Counted from the stretch's first letter, positions 19,246 through 29,082 are shown. The stretch is DNA of 64,000 bases from Chlamydiota bacterium (GCA_022601345.1 JAJACU010000038.1:15162-79161), one strand, 5' to 3'. Numbers and translations: made by a program. The notes: generated by a model from the sequence alone, not told the origin.

Positions 19246-20869
19246 TTTTTTTCCTCATATTTTTTTTCTTTTTCCCAATCATAGCTTGAACAAAAGCTCC
19301 AAAAAGAGGGTGAGCGCAAGTGGGTTTCGACTTGAACTCCGGGTGAAATTGAGCGCCTAACATCCAGGGATGGTTTTTAACTTCTGCAATTTCACAAAGT
19401 TTTTGTTTTGTGAAAATTCCTGTAAAAAGAAGACCGTTATCTTCTAACTCATCAACGTATTGATTATTGACTTCATAGCGATGGCGGTGTCTCTCAGAAA
19501 TTTTACTTACCTTGTAAGCGGCAGCTGCCCGACTTTTTTCTTTAAGTTTACAAGGGTATGCTCCAAGGCGCATAGTACCTCCTAAATTTCGGACGGTGCG
19601 CTGCTCAGACAAAAGTGAAATTACAGGATGCTCAGTAGAAGAATCAATCTCTGTTGAATTGGCATCTTCGTAGCCCAAGACATTTCGCGCATATTCTACA
19701 ACCATGACCTGCATGCCCAAACAAATTCCAAAGTAGGGGATGTCTTTTTCGCGGCAATGCTTTGCCATTGCAATTTTTCCTTCCCAGCCTCTTTCGCCAA
19801 ATCCTCCTGGAATTAAGTATCCATCACATTTAGGTATTTTCTTTATAGCGCCCTTTTCAAAGAGTTTGTCGGATTCAATGCGTTCAATTTCAACTTCAAA
19901 TCCGTGCGAAATTGCAGCATGCTCTAGAGATTCAAAGACCGATTTGTAAGCATCTTGGTGTTGAACGTATTTCCCTACGATCCCCACTTTAACAGAGCCT
20001 TTGGGTCTTTTAACAACAGACACAATTTTCTTCCAATCTTTGAGATCAATTTTTTTCTTTTTGATGTTAAGCATGTTGCAGATTAAGCCATCTAGATTTT
20101 GCTCATTTAGATTAATGGGCACTTCATAGATTGTATCATCAACATCAACAACATCAAAGACGGCTTCTCGAGGGACATCGCAGAAAAGACTGATTTTGTC
20201 TTTTAGCTCTTTTGAAAGTTCATATTCACCTCGGCAAACAATAATGTTGGGCACAATACCAATGCTGCGAAGCTCCTGAACTGAATGTTGAGTGGGCTTT
20301 GTTTTTATCTCACCTGCAGCTGATAGATAGGGTGTATAGGTTAAATGTATAAAAATAGAATCTTGATGATTCTCATGTTTAAACTGTCTAAGCGCTTCTA
20401 AAAAGGGTAGAGATTCAATATCTCCTACGGTTCCTCCAATCTCGACAAAGACAACATCAATATTGGGTTGCTGTTGGGAGCATTGGGTTATTCTACTCTT
20501 AATTTCATTGGTAATATGAGGAATAACTTGCACCGTTTTGCCTAAATAGTCACCTTTTCTCTCTCTCTTAATAACTGTGTCGTAAATTTGCCCTGAAGTT
20601 GCATTTGAAGCTTTAGACAAAGGGGAGTGAGTATAGCGAAAGTAGTGTCCTAAATCTAAGTCGGTTTCAGCGCCATCGTCTGTGACATAAACCTCTCCGT
20701 GTTGAAAAGGGTTCATTGTTCCGGGGTCTACATTTAGATATGGATCTAATTTTAACATCGCGACATTTAAGCCTTGTTTTTCTAAAAGCAAGGCAATCGA
20801 GGCTGCGGTTAATCCTTTTCCTAAGGAAGAAACCACTCCACCTGTAATAAAAATATATTTTATCGACAT
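19238..20869 (-). CDS. pyrG: CTP synthase
   Basis: MSIKYIFITGGVVSSLGKG, DPYLNVDPGTM.P.QHGEV and glutaminase domain GICLGMQ ... HRHRYEVN. Confidence 0.97.
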   Translation of the reverse strand: MSIKYIFITGGVVSSLGKGLTAASIALLLEKQGLNVAMLKLDPYLNVDPGTMNPFQHGEVYVTDDGAETDLDLGHYFRYTHSPLSKASNATSGQIYDTVIKRERKGDYLGKTVQVIPHITNEIKSRITQCSQQQPNIDVVFVEIGGTVGDIESLPFLEALRQFKHENHQDSIFIHLTYTPYLSAAGEIKTKPTQHSVQELRSIGIVPNIIVCRGEYELSKELKDKISLFCDVPREAVFDVVDVDDTIYEVPINLNEQNLDGLICNMLNIKKKKIDLKDWKKIVSVVKRPKGSVKVGIVGKYVQHQDAYKSVFESLEHAAISHGFEVEIERIESDKLFEKGAIKKIPKCDGYLIPGGFGERGWEGKIAMAKHCREKDIPYFGICLGMQVMVVEYARNVLGYEDANSTEIDSSTEHPVISLLSEQRTVRNLGGTMRLGAYPCKLKEKSRAAAAYKVSKISERHRHRYEVNNQYVDELEDNGLLFTGIFTKQKLCEIAEVKNHPWMLGAQFHPEFKSKPTCAHPLFGAFVQAMIGKKKKNMRKKNV

Positions 20870-21597
20870 AAATATTTTTCTACTTTTTTTAGATCTTTAG
20901 GTTCATCTACGCCAATTGCTGGAGATTTGTCCACAATGACTTTAATTTTATATCCATGCTCCAAGACCTTCAGTTGTTCCAAATCTTCGGCCTTTTGCAT
21001 TGGAGAAGCACTAAGTTTACAGTATGTTTCTAAAAAAGAAAATCTAAAAGCATACACACCCACATGTTGATAGGCTTGAGTCTTTTCTTTCATAAAAGGA
21101 ATGGATGAGCGACTGAAGTATAGGGCATCTAAGTTTTTGTCAAAAACACACTTTACAACAGATGAGTCCTCTAAGCTTTTTTGGTCTTTAATAGGCGTTA
21201 CAAGGGTTGCCATTTTGATTTTAGGGTCATTTTCAAGCAAACTAAAGAGTTTATCTATAGATTTGGGGTTCAAAATGGGCTCGTCGCCTTGGACATTGAT
21301 GACAATAGCCTCTTTAGTCGTTATTTTGGCCTTCTCAAGAGCTTGGAAAACACGAGTTGTCCCATTGGGAGTGCTTTTTGGCGTCTTTACGACTTGAGCC
21401 CCAAAGTCTTTAGCATGATTTAGAATTCGACTATCATCGCTTGTGATTAAAATATTTTTTACGAGTTTTGATCGTTTTGCATTCTCGAAAGTATGTTGAA
21501 TAAGACTCTTACCTAAAATTGTGGCGAGCATTTTACCAGAGAATCTCACACTTTCGTAGCGCGCAGGAATAACAATGATTTGTTTGTGTAAAGCCAT
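20860..21597 (-). CDS. kdsB: 3-deoxy-manno-octulosonate cytidylyltransferase (CMP-Kdo synthetase)
   Basis: VIPARYES.RF.GK, VQGDEP and EQLK.LE.G motifs. First gene of the kdsB-pyrG-ruvX cluster, as in Chlamydia. Confidence 0.93.
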   Translation of the reverse strand: MALHKQIIVIPARYESVRFSGKMLATILGKSLIQHTFENAKRSKLVKNILITSDDSRILNHAKDFGAQVVKTPKSTPNGTTRVFQALEKAKITTKEAIVINVQGDEPILNPKSIDKLFSLLENDPKIKMATLVTPIKDQKSLEDSSVVKCVFDKNLDALYFSRSSIPFMKEKTQAYQHVGVYAFRFSFLETYCKLSASPMQKAEDLEQLKVLEHGYKIKVIVDKSPAIGVDEPKDLKKVEKYLCR

Positions 21598-21731
21598 ATT
21601 ATCAGACCTAAAAGAGAAAAGTTAAATTTTAAGTTTAAGATTGTAAGTATTTTATTTCAATCATCAATAATTTTAATTTTAGGGAATATTTTTTCTATGT
21701 TAAGGAATAGATATGGGAAGTGTGGGGTTAT

Positions 21732-22739
21732 ATGGTTGATTTTAGCATGCTATTGGGTTTGAAGCCTAGTGGGACAGGTATAGCTCGCCATATTAAAGGC
21801 AAAAAAATTAGACGGCTTGAAAAAGATGCTGAGCGGGTTTCGAAAAAATCTCAAGAAGACATCCGTAAAATCATTGAAGACACAATCCTAGCTTTAGGAA
21901 ATACTTTGAGTGGTAAAGAGACTTCCTTGCAAAACCAGGCTTATTTAATAAGCTTTGTAGCTGATTTGGAAGGAGGTGCGTCAACGCATCAGCTTCATTA
22001 TTTAATTCATGATTATCATGTCGGCACAGATGCAATTGTAGATGCTTTTCATACAGCTTTGGGACTTGGGAATAGAAAAAGAGCAATAAACTTAGTCAAA
22101 GCTTTTCCAGAGCTTATCTTTGAAAAAGTTGCAGATGATAAGAGTGTTTATGAGCATTTTACTGAAGATCATTGGATGGAGCTTTTGAAAGGTGACGTTA
22201 TCAACTTTCAATTCTTTAAAACATTATCCGACAAGCAGGTTGTTAAAATTTTCAGAATGCTTCCCATTTACAAACCACTACTTCGTGATAAGTCACTACT
22301 GCGCATGATTATTAATCGTGAAGAAGTAAGAAATAAGTTGCTTAACTACTTTGATGAGCTTGTTAAGGTTGAAAATACTAAAGCTGATTTTATAATGAAG
22401 CTTGCAAGTATGCCTTTGACCAGTCGCGATTCAAAAGGCAATATAAGAATAATGAACTATTACAAGAAGTTTTCACAAGGTGATGATATTTTATCACAGC
22501 TTAAGAGTTTAAAAGATTTTGGTAGCTCTGATTTTATTGCAGAACTTCTCTCTGTTGTTGAAATTCCAAAAACCTTAGAGTCATATCAGTTGCATCTACT
22601 GATTGGAAAACTGCTTTCTACGGTTGATGGACTTCGGCATCAAATTCTAGATCAAATAGAAGATCCTGAAAAAAGGCACTTGCGCTACGAGCTTTTAGAG
22701 TACTGCAAAGAGCTTTATGAAAATAAAGAATGCAAATAG
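21732..22739 (+). CDS. Hypothetical alpha-helical protein
   Basis: Long ORF with no recognisable motif. Start set at ATG 21732 (the track uses GTG 21720). Confidence 0.6.
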   Translation: MVDFSMLLGLKPSGTGIARHIKGKKIRRLEKDAERVSKKSQEDIRKIIEDTILALGNTLSGKETSLQNQAYLISFVADLEGGASTHQLHYLIHDYHVGTDAIVDAFHTALGLGNRKRAINLVKAFPELIFEKVADDKSVYEHFTEDHWMELLKGDVINFQFFKTLSDKQVVKIFRMLPIYKPLLRDKSLLRMIINREEVRNKLLNYFDELVKVENTKADFIMKLASMPLTSRDSKGNIRIMNYYKKFSQGDDILSQLKSLKDFGSSDFIAELLSVVEIPKTLESYQLHLLIGKLLSTVDGLRHQILDQIEDPEKRHLRYELLEYCKELYENKECK

Positions 22740-22750
22740 ATTTCAGCTCA

Positions 22751-22993
22751 TTAACCATTAAATAACGAATAATACGTTTTTAGAAGGTATAATATTTTTT
22801 CTTTGAGAAGGTCTTTATCTTTGTGAGCTGTGTCTGCAAAAAGCTTTATTTGATTCAGCATAATCTCAAGGTTTCTTTTTTCTGTAGCCGTCATCATTTT
22901 TCTATTAGATATTTGAGAATGCAAGCGATCCACTTTTTTACTAAAAGCGTTGAAATCTCCTGAAAGCATATCATCAATAGGTCCGATTTCCAT
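22751..22993 (-). CDS. Small hypothetical coiled-coil protein (80 aa)
   Basis: AAGGAG RBS 6 nt upstream of ATG. Helical, charged sequence. Confidence 0.6.
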   Translation of the reverse strand: MEIGPIDDMLSGDFNAFSKKVDRLHSQISNRKMMTATEKRNLEIMLNQIKLFADTAHKDKDLLKEKILYLLKTYYSLFNG

Positions 22994-23002
22994 AATATCT
23001 CC

Positions 23003-23803
23003 TTAGGTTAGCATTATGATCCCAAACGTGACTAAAACAAATATAAAGATTTTCTTCAAATAGTCTTCTGAAACCTTATGGGCCAGTTTTACACCAATAG
23101 GTGCAAAAATTAAAGATCCAATAGCAAGGCCTATAGTTGCAGGAATATATATAAATCCAACGCTGTTTGAAATGTCAATGTTATAGGAGAAAAATAATTG
23201 ACTTATGGTGCCCATAATAGCTGTGAGAATTAGAGCTGCTGCTGAGGTTGCAACGGCATTTTTAGCTTTGTACCCCATAAATATTAGCGCTGGGACTATT
23301 ATGATTCCTCCACCAATACCTAACATTGCGCCTATGAAGGCCGCAAGAAATCCAATAAGAATAACAAGAAATACATGAAGTTTCTTATTGGTTGTTGAGT
23401 GGATATCTTGAGCTGTTGGTTTATAAAAAAACAAGGTAATGGCAATGATTAACTCTACACAACCGAATATAATTTCAAGAGCTCTACTAGAAAACTCACC
23501 GGATACTATAGGGCCACTTATTGCACCAAGAACCATGCCGATTGCCATAAGCATAAAGGTTTTCCAGATGACGGCCTTTTTTCTAGCGTGAAAAAAAGTT
23601 GCAGATATCGATGTGAAAATCATAACTGCAAGAGATGTTGAAATGGCAAGGTGCATATTGTATGTTGTCGTTAGTGAGAATGATTTGAAAATCCAATGAA
23701 GTATTGGTACAACAAGAAGGCCTCCTCCTACGCCCAGTAGCCCTGAAAAACAACCTACCGTGCATCCCAGAGCAAAATAAATTAAATAGAAGACCCAATG
23801 CAT
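23003..23803 (-). CDS. TauE/SafE family (DUF81) anion exporter membrane protein
   Basis: 266 aa with 7-8 TM helices and duplicated G-rich motifs (GLLGVGGGLLVVP and MLGIGGGIIIVP). Confidence 0.85.
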   Translation of the reverse strand: MHWVFYLIYFALGCTVGCFSGLLGVGGGLLVVPILHWIFKSFSLTTTYNMHLAISTSLAVMIFTSISATFFHARKKAVIWKTFMLMAIGMVLGAISGPIVSGEFSSRALEIIFGCVELIIAITLFFYKPTAQDIHSTTNKKLHVFLVILIGFLAAFIGAMLGIGGGIIIVPALIFMGYKAKNAVATSAAALILTAIMGTISQLFFSYNIDISNSVGFIYIPATIGLAIGSLIFAPIGVKLAHKVSEDYLKKIFIFVLVTFGIIMLT

Positions 23804-23875
23804 TTTTTCTTACGCAATATTCTAAAAAGTACTATATGTAGACCCTAGCATATACATTTAATTATAGGAAGCTCT

Positions 23876-24817
23876 ATGCCCATTGACCAAGAAATGAAAC
23901 ATTTTGTTGATTATTACTACTCATTGAAATTACCTGAATTTGGAGAATCTACTGAAGTTGAGGATATTAGAAGTTTAATGCGAACATTTTCTTCAAAAGT
24001 TTCAGGGCAAATTTCCCCAAATATTAAAGATGTACATGACCATTCTTTTGAAACAGACATTGGAGAAGTGCGAGTTCGTAGTTACCAACCAAAAGAAAAC
24101 AGTTTTAAAAAACCTTTGGTCTATTTTAGAGGCTCGGGGTTTGTTATAGACAATTTTGATGATTCAGATCTTTTTTGTTCTAAGCTAGCCTCTCAGTGTG
24201 AAACAACAGTGCTCTCTATTGATTACCCCTTGGCTCCTGAATTTCCATTTCCAGCGCCGGTTGAAGCTTGTTATCAGACTCTTTTAAAGATAGTTTCAAA
24301 TGCTGACATCTTTGGGATGGATTCTACAGGTTTTGTTTTAATAGGCGAAAGCTCTGGAGGATGCATAGCAGCAAGTGTAGCACAAATGTTAAGAGATAAG
24401 CATGGCCCATCTATGGGATACTTAATTCTTATTTATCCTGTGACCAATTATGACTTTTCAACAAGCTCTTATAAAAAAATGGGATCAGGCTATATTTTGT
24501 CTGAAGATAAAATGCGCTGGTACTTTTCAAAGTATTTTGAAAAGAATGAAGATGCCCAAAAAACATATGCAGTGCCCATGAATGCCAAAGACTTCTCAGG
24601 GTTGCCAAAAACTTTGGTTATTACGGCGCAATATGACCCACTTTGTGATGAAGGAAAAAAATACGCTGATGCTCTCAAAGAGGCAGGTGTTTCATGTGAG
24701 TATTTATGTTATCGAGACCTCATCCACGGCTTTTTGAAATTCAACGGGCTAGCTGCTGCTGAAGCAGCCTTTGTGGATATGGTGAAAAAAATTAGAACCT
24801 TTTTGAAGAGCCATTAA
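23876..24817 (+). CDS. Alpha/beta hydrolase, HSL/arylacetamide-deacetylase type esterase
   Basis: Oxyanion region YFRGSGFV, nucleophile elbow GESSGG, and acid/His region DPLCDEG ... IHGF. Confidence 0.85.
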   Translation: MPIDQEMKHFVDYYYSLKLPEFGESTEVEDIRSLMRTFSSKVSGQISPNIKDVHDHSFETDIGEVRVRSYQPKENSFKKPLVYFRGSGFVIDNFDDSDLFCSKLASQCETTVLSIDYPLAPEFPFPAPVEACYQTLLKIVSNADIFGMDSTGFVLIGESSGGCIAASVAQMLRDKHGPSMGYLILIYPVTNYDFSTSSYKKMGSGYILSEDKMRWYFSKYFEKNEDAQKTYAVPMNAKDFSGLPKTLVITAQYDPLCDEGKKYADALKEAGVSCEYLCYRDLIHGFLKFNGLAAAEAAFVDMVKKIRTFLKSH

Positions 24818-24844
24818 ATAAAGTTAACAAACTTTCATAGATTT

Positions 24845-24872
24845 TGAGTGGGCCAGTTTTACTGGCTACTCA
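24845..24872. terminator. Possible bidirectional hairpin between convergent esterase and bcp genes
   Basis: TGAGTGGGCCAG-tttta-CTGGCTACTCA with one internal bulge. It overlaps the bcp stop codon and has a short T-run on the left only. Confidence 0.35.
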
Positions 24873-25338
24873 ATGAACTGAGTTTTTTAAGTACTTCTTC
24901 TACGTGCCCACTTACTTTTACTTTGCGCCATTCAAAAATAAGGTTTCCTTGAGGGTCAATTAAAAAAGTAGATCGTTCAATTCCTATGAGCTTTTCAAGT
25001 AGAGCGCTGCTTTTATGAACAGAAAAAAGGTCGCAAAGCTTACCCTCTTTATCAGAAATTAGATCAAAGGGGAGTTTGTGCTTCTCTCTAAAGCTCTCGT
25101 GAGATTTTAACGAGTCTTTAGAAACACCGTATATAACAGCATTAAACTTATTAAAGGCCTTATGCAAGTCTCTAAAATCTTTGCTCTCTCTAGTGCAGCC
25201 TGGGGTGTTATCTTTGGGGTAAAAGTATAAAATTACGTACTGGCCGGCTAGGTCAGATAGATTTCCTTCGATGTCTGATGTTGCTAAAAAATGAAAGTTT
25301 TCTATTTTGGTAGCCATAGTTTCACTCATGCTTGTCAT
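24859..25338 (-). CDS. bcp: Peroxiredoxin, Bcp type
   Basis: YFYPKDNTPGCTRE peroxidatic-Cys motif with a thioredoxin-fold pattern. Confidence 0.92.
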   Translation of the reverse strand: MTSMSETMATKIENFHFLATSDIEGNLSDLAGQYVILYFYPKDNTPGCTRESKDFRDLHKAFNKFNAVIYGVSKDSLKSHESFREKHKLPFDLISDKEGKLCDLFSVHKSSALLEKLIGIERSTFLIDPQGNLIFEWRKVKVSGHVEEVLKKLSSLSSQ

Positions 25339-25529
25339 TGCTTATCCTTAATAATTTAGGAATATTAAAACCCAAAAAAAAATGATTTTTTTAAAATAAC
25401 TAATATATCCAAAAAGAGTCTTTTTGTTCAAATTCTAATAACAATGTTTTTATTTTAGCATAATCCTCTTGAAAACAGAACGTTAATTGTCTATTAGAAG
25501 GTTTGGGGCAAGTTTAAGAGAGATTACTT

Positions 25530-26096
25530 ATGTTCAAACGTTTAGCACTATTACTTCCAATCCTTGCATGTTTTGTTACATCAAGCGGTTTCTTTCATTG
25601 GGGAGCTGATAAACTTCAAGCGAGAACTGAAAAAAGACACTTCAAAGAACAAAATAAACGCAGAAATCATCCAAAGGGGCCCAAACGTTTTATGATTATG
25701 CAAAAAGCAACGCATGCTCAAATCGAAAGACATGAGAGTGACGAAGAGTGTTTATTGATCACTTTTGAAAACGTAGACCAATATGTAACTTACTACAAAG
25801 TCGAGCCAAATAGAAATTTTGGAATATTGAGCATCAAGCAGTTTATGTGGTATTGTCATATGGGAAGGTCAATGTTTTCAAAAAACAATCCAAGAGGTGC
25901 TATGGGTTACTTGAGCTTTGAACAGGCAGGCCAGGGTGGTGATACAATGCATTTTAATGTTTTTCAGTTAAATAAACCTCACTACGACAAAAAGAAGAAT
26001 AAATTAACTTATCAAATAAGTGTACTGCCAGGATTCTCTGTAGATAAACTAGAAATCGACAATGTAATTCTAACAATTGATTTGTCACTCAATTAA
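25530..26096 (+). CDS. Secreted hypothetical protein, paralog family member C
   Basis: Signal peptide MFKRLALLLPILACFVTSSG. Shares GYLSFE, FQLNKPHYDKKKNKLTY and NVILTID with 6779..7902 (SY.EF / LQL..P.Y / VIVYDG). Confidence 0.7.
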   Translation: MFKRLALLLPILACFVTSSGFFHWGADKLQARTEKRHFKEQNKRRNHPKGPKRFMIMQKATHAQIERHESDEECLLITFENVDQYVTYYKVEPNRNFGILSIKQFMWYCHMGRSMFSKNNPRGAMGYLSFEQAGQGGDTMHFNVFQLNKPHYDKKKNKLTYQISVLPGFSVDKLEIDNVILTIDLSLN

Positions 26097-26861
26097 TGAA
26101 TTATTCTCGCTGATACACTTTGCTCTATGAGATAACTCAGTCCACTTTAGTTCAAAGTCTTCTTTTGAAATTTCATCAGAATCAAATTCAAGACTTCCTT
26201 TGTACAAAAGACCTTTAATTTCAATATTACTACATTTAAAAGTATTAGCTATAGACTCTAAATTTTTTTGTCTGTCATCAATGACAACAATGGTGCTGGG
26301 CATATAGTTGACATGTTTTAAAAATTCTTTCAGAACTTCGCCTTTTTGAATTTTTAAATTCTCTCCGTTACTAAACAATATACCTTTATAATACTCAGGG
26401 AATGATCCCATGTTTGAATCGAAAGACTTGAACACAGCATCTTGTGCATTTATAAATGATTTTGAAAAATCAATACCTAAACTCTTCAGGTGCTTCACCC
26501 GGCTTTTTATGGTGTTTTGTCCTATAAGAGATGATGTCAAAGCTGCTGTAAGAGCTACAACTTTGTAGCCTTTGTTGTTCAATGAGTTTATTAGCTTTGG
26601 TGCACACTCTTCAACTAGAGAGGAGCCGCTTTGGTGAAAAACCATCAAATTCGAAAATAGATCTTTCTGAAAATGAGTTAGATTTGAAAAGGTTTTTTTT
26701 ACAAACTCTAAGTTCTTACTGAAATTTGGAAATTGATATGCAGGTTCATTAGGATGCGTCAAAACATAGTCTACGTCGAAAACAATTAAAGTATCTTGGG
26801 GTCTACTTAGATGGCTTTTTATTTCATTAAGAGTATGAATAATTTCAAATGTATTTTTCAA
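26085..26861 (-). CDS. HAD-superfamily-like hydrolase (possibly DUF2608-type)
   Basis: Motif I LIVFDVDYVL (DxDxV) and motif IV VVIDDRQKN. The family name is recalled from memory and not verified. Confidence 0.5.
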   Translation of the reverse strand: MKNTFEIIHTLNEIKSHLSRPQDTLIVFDVDYVLTHPNEPAYQFPNFSKNLEFVKKTFSNLTHFQKDLFSNLMVFHQSGSSLVEECAPKLINSLNNKGYKVVALTAALTSSLIGQNTIKSRVKHLKSLGIDFSKSFINAQDAVFKSFDSNMGSFPEYYKGILFSNGENLKIQKGEVLKEFLKHVNYMPSTIVVIDDRQKNLESIANTFKCSNIEIKGLLYKGSLEFDSDEISKEDFELKWTELSHRAKCISENNSLIE

Positions 26862-27060
26862 AACATGCCTTCTTATTTTATATTATGTTTAATGCTTCAC
26901 ATAGAATTTCATAGAAATTTTAACAAACAAAAAAGAAGATATTTACTATCGATTTGAATTTGTTCAAGCATTACTTGCGCGTGCAATATACATATAATTA
27001 TTTTAATCCCTTGGCACAAATTCGCCACCATTGTTAAAATAGCGTTAAGAATTTTTAAAG

Positions 27061-27873
27061 ATGAGATTAGGAATGCTAAATTCACTACAAAAAAAATCAT
27101 GTTTAAACAACCCATTCCCATTTAATGGGGAGCGCTACGAAGGCAAGGTTGATATCACAATTTTTGAAGATAGCAAAAGCTCTTCTATTTATATAAAGGT
27201 TATTGGGGAAAGGATTTCATTAGAAACCTTTCATGGCTCATATGCTTCTCATCTCAAAGAGCTTTTTGGAAATGTTGTTGTAGAACATCCCGATGAATTT
27301 GAAGATATGAAAGAGATTTTTGGCAATAGCATCGCTAGAGCAGGTTATGCTGATGAAAAAGCGCAAGATGATCATCAAATAGAGAGAAGAATAGAATTCA
27401 ATGCAAAAAGAGCAATAGATGGAAATCCATTTACTGGCTTTGCTGTGGTTGATAATGCTTCTAGAAAAATTATTGGCTTTACATCTCTTGGTCGAGGACC
27501 TCAACCTGGAGAGTCCCAAAGTGCTTTAATATTAAATACAGATTATCATGGAAAAAAAATGGGTCTAGAGGCTGCCGTTCTTGCTGCCAGCTTAGCAAAT
27601 GTCTACTATATCAATAAATTTGTTGTCGGTTCTAAAAATTGCAAAGAAATTGTTAAAAGTTTTTCAGTTTCTGTTAAAGACTCAAACGAGAAATCAATGA
27701 ATTTAATTCAAAAACTGGGTCTTAAATATATTAGAGATTTAACAGAAAAAGAGAAGTATACCCAAGAAAGCTCCAAGTTATATGGGGTTGAAGCTAAATA
27801 TGTTCAAGATCTTCTTGCTAAGTTTGTCGACTTAAAAAAAATCACTTGGAAGGTCCTGAAAATTGGCAATTAG
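27061..27873 (+). CDS. Putative GNAT-family N-acetyltransferase
   Basis: GFAVVDNASRKIIGFTSL....ALILNTDYHGKKMGLEAAVLAAS resembles GNAT motifs A/B. The N-terminal 100 aa is unassigned. Confidence 0.45.
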   Translation: MRLGMLNSLQKKSCLNNPFPFNGERYEGKVDITIFEDSKSSSIYIKVIGERISLETFHGSYASHLKELFGNVVVEHPDEFEDMKEIFGNSIARAGYADEKAQDDHQIERRIEFNAKRAIDGNPFTGFAVVDNASRKIIGFTSLGRGPQPGESQSALILNTDYHGKKMGLEAAVLAASLANVYYINKFVVGSKNCKEIVKSFSVSVKDSNEKSMNLIQKLGLKYIRDLTEKEKYTQESSKLYGVEAKYVQDLLAKFVDLKKITWKVLKIGN

Positions 27874-27961
27874 ATTTTTAAATTAAAATTGTTGGATGTA
27901 AATTAAAATTTTAATTAATATGTTTGTATAATTTTATTCACTCAAACAAGGAAGGTGAAAT

Positions 27962-28921
27962 ATGGGCACTATAGAAGGTCAAGGTCAAGCTCAAAGTATG
28001 TGGGGCCGTTTTTTTGGAGGATCAGAAACAACTGAGGTTGAGAAGCCCAGCGTGGCAGGTTCAGGGGCGATTTCGCTTACAGTTAACCAGCCAGTAGAAA
28101 GCAAGGGGACATTTAATGTTCAATCAGACATTCGAATTGTTACCCCATGGAGAGGCTCAGTCGCTGCAGGGTCAACTTTAATGTATTTAACTATAGATAA
28201 AGGAAGTGCCGCTTTTGGACGTTTATCAGAAGGAAAAAGCGTTGAACAATTAAGCGATAGGTTCACGATCTTTCAACATGGGGATTCTAGAGCTGCTCCA
28301 AGAACTATTGGTGTAGTTTCAAAAGGAGAGCAAGTGTTTACTCAGACTCTAAAGCAAAGTGGAAGAGTGGAAGCAGAAGCGGGCTCTAAAACAGGTTCAG
28401 AAGTTACTATAGGATTACATATTGAAGGAAGAGATGAGCCTCTAACTCATACATTTAATACGATGACAAGAGATTCAGATACGGGTGTAAAGCCTGGAAG
28501 AGCGAGACACCTTAGCCTTGCACCTTTTGTAGGGAAAGAAGGGGTTGAAGCTACAATGGAGGACTTTGTAGATACAACCTGTAAAGATAGAGCTGGTGAT
28601 TGCGCCACAGGCTGCTGGGAAGGAACTAGCAAGTCAGTAAGATTTGTAGGCTCAACTTTGTATAAAGCAGGTGACACTATTTGGCAAACAGGAAGACATC
28701 CCGTTTTAACAGCTCAAAGCTTAAGAGATAGAACAATTAGATTCCTCGGTGGCGAAGTGAAAAGCGCGGCAACACCTACTGATGCAGATGCTAAAGCTAC
28801 TGATGCAGGTGCTAAAGCCACTGGTGCGGGTGATGCAACTCTCATGGATGGTGCTGAAATCGTTGACACAGAGCCAAAATCACCAGTTGAAGCGAAAGGT
28901 GAAGAGAAAAAGGACAAATAA
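27962..28921 (+). CDS. Hypothetical protein with acidic Ala/Asp/Thr repeat tail
   Basis: AAGGAAGGTGA RBS. Visibly higher GC than its neighbours. Followed by a strong terminator. No recognised domain. Confidence 0.7.
   Translation: MGTIEGQGQAQSMWGRFFGGSETTEVEKPSVAGSGAISLTVNQPVESKGTFNVQSDIRIVTPWRGSVAAGSTLMYLTIDKGSAAFGRLSEGKSVEQLSDRFTIFQHGDSRAAPRTIGVVSKGEQVFTQTLKQSGRVEAEAGSKTGSEVTIGLHIEGRDEPLTHTFNTMTRDSDTGVKPGRARHLSLAPFVGKEGVEATMEDFVDTTCKDRAGDCATGCWEGTSKSVRFVGSTLYKAGDTIWQTGRHPVLTAQSLRDRTIRFLGGEVKSAATPTDADAKATDAGAKATGAGDATLMDGAEIVDTEPKSPVEAKGEEKKDK
28778..28840 (+). repeat. 3 x 21-bp imperfect in-frame tandem repeat (TDADAKA / TDAGAKA / TGAGDAT)
   Basis: ACTGATGCAGATGCTAAAGCT / ACTGATGCAGGTGCTAAAGCC / ACTGGTGCGGGTGATGCAACT, read directly. 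Confidence 0.85.
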
Positions 28922-28944
28922 CTAGGTCCTCTTTTTAAAGATAA

Positions 28945-28981
28945 GCCACTCTAAATTGTGAAATTTGGAGTGGTTTTTTTT
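28945..28981 (+). terminator. Rho-independent terminator
   Basis: CCACTC-(16 nt loop)-GAGTGG followed by T8, 24 nt after the stop of 27962..28921. Confidence 0.7.
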
Positions 28982-29082
28982 GGGCCGTAGTCTACATGGT
29001 TTTGTCTCATCTAAAAAAGCTTTTCATAAATAGGCTCCATCTTTATCAAGGAAAACTATAAGCAAAGTTGTAGTGTTGATCC

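Noticed and set aside
27889-27932. Sigma-70-like promoter call (TATAAT at 27927..27932) upstream of 27962..28921
   Set aside because: A -10-like hexamer is present, but no acceptable -35 lies at 16-18 bp spacing. In such AT-rich spacers TATAAT-like strings are frequent.
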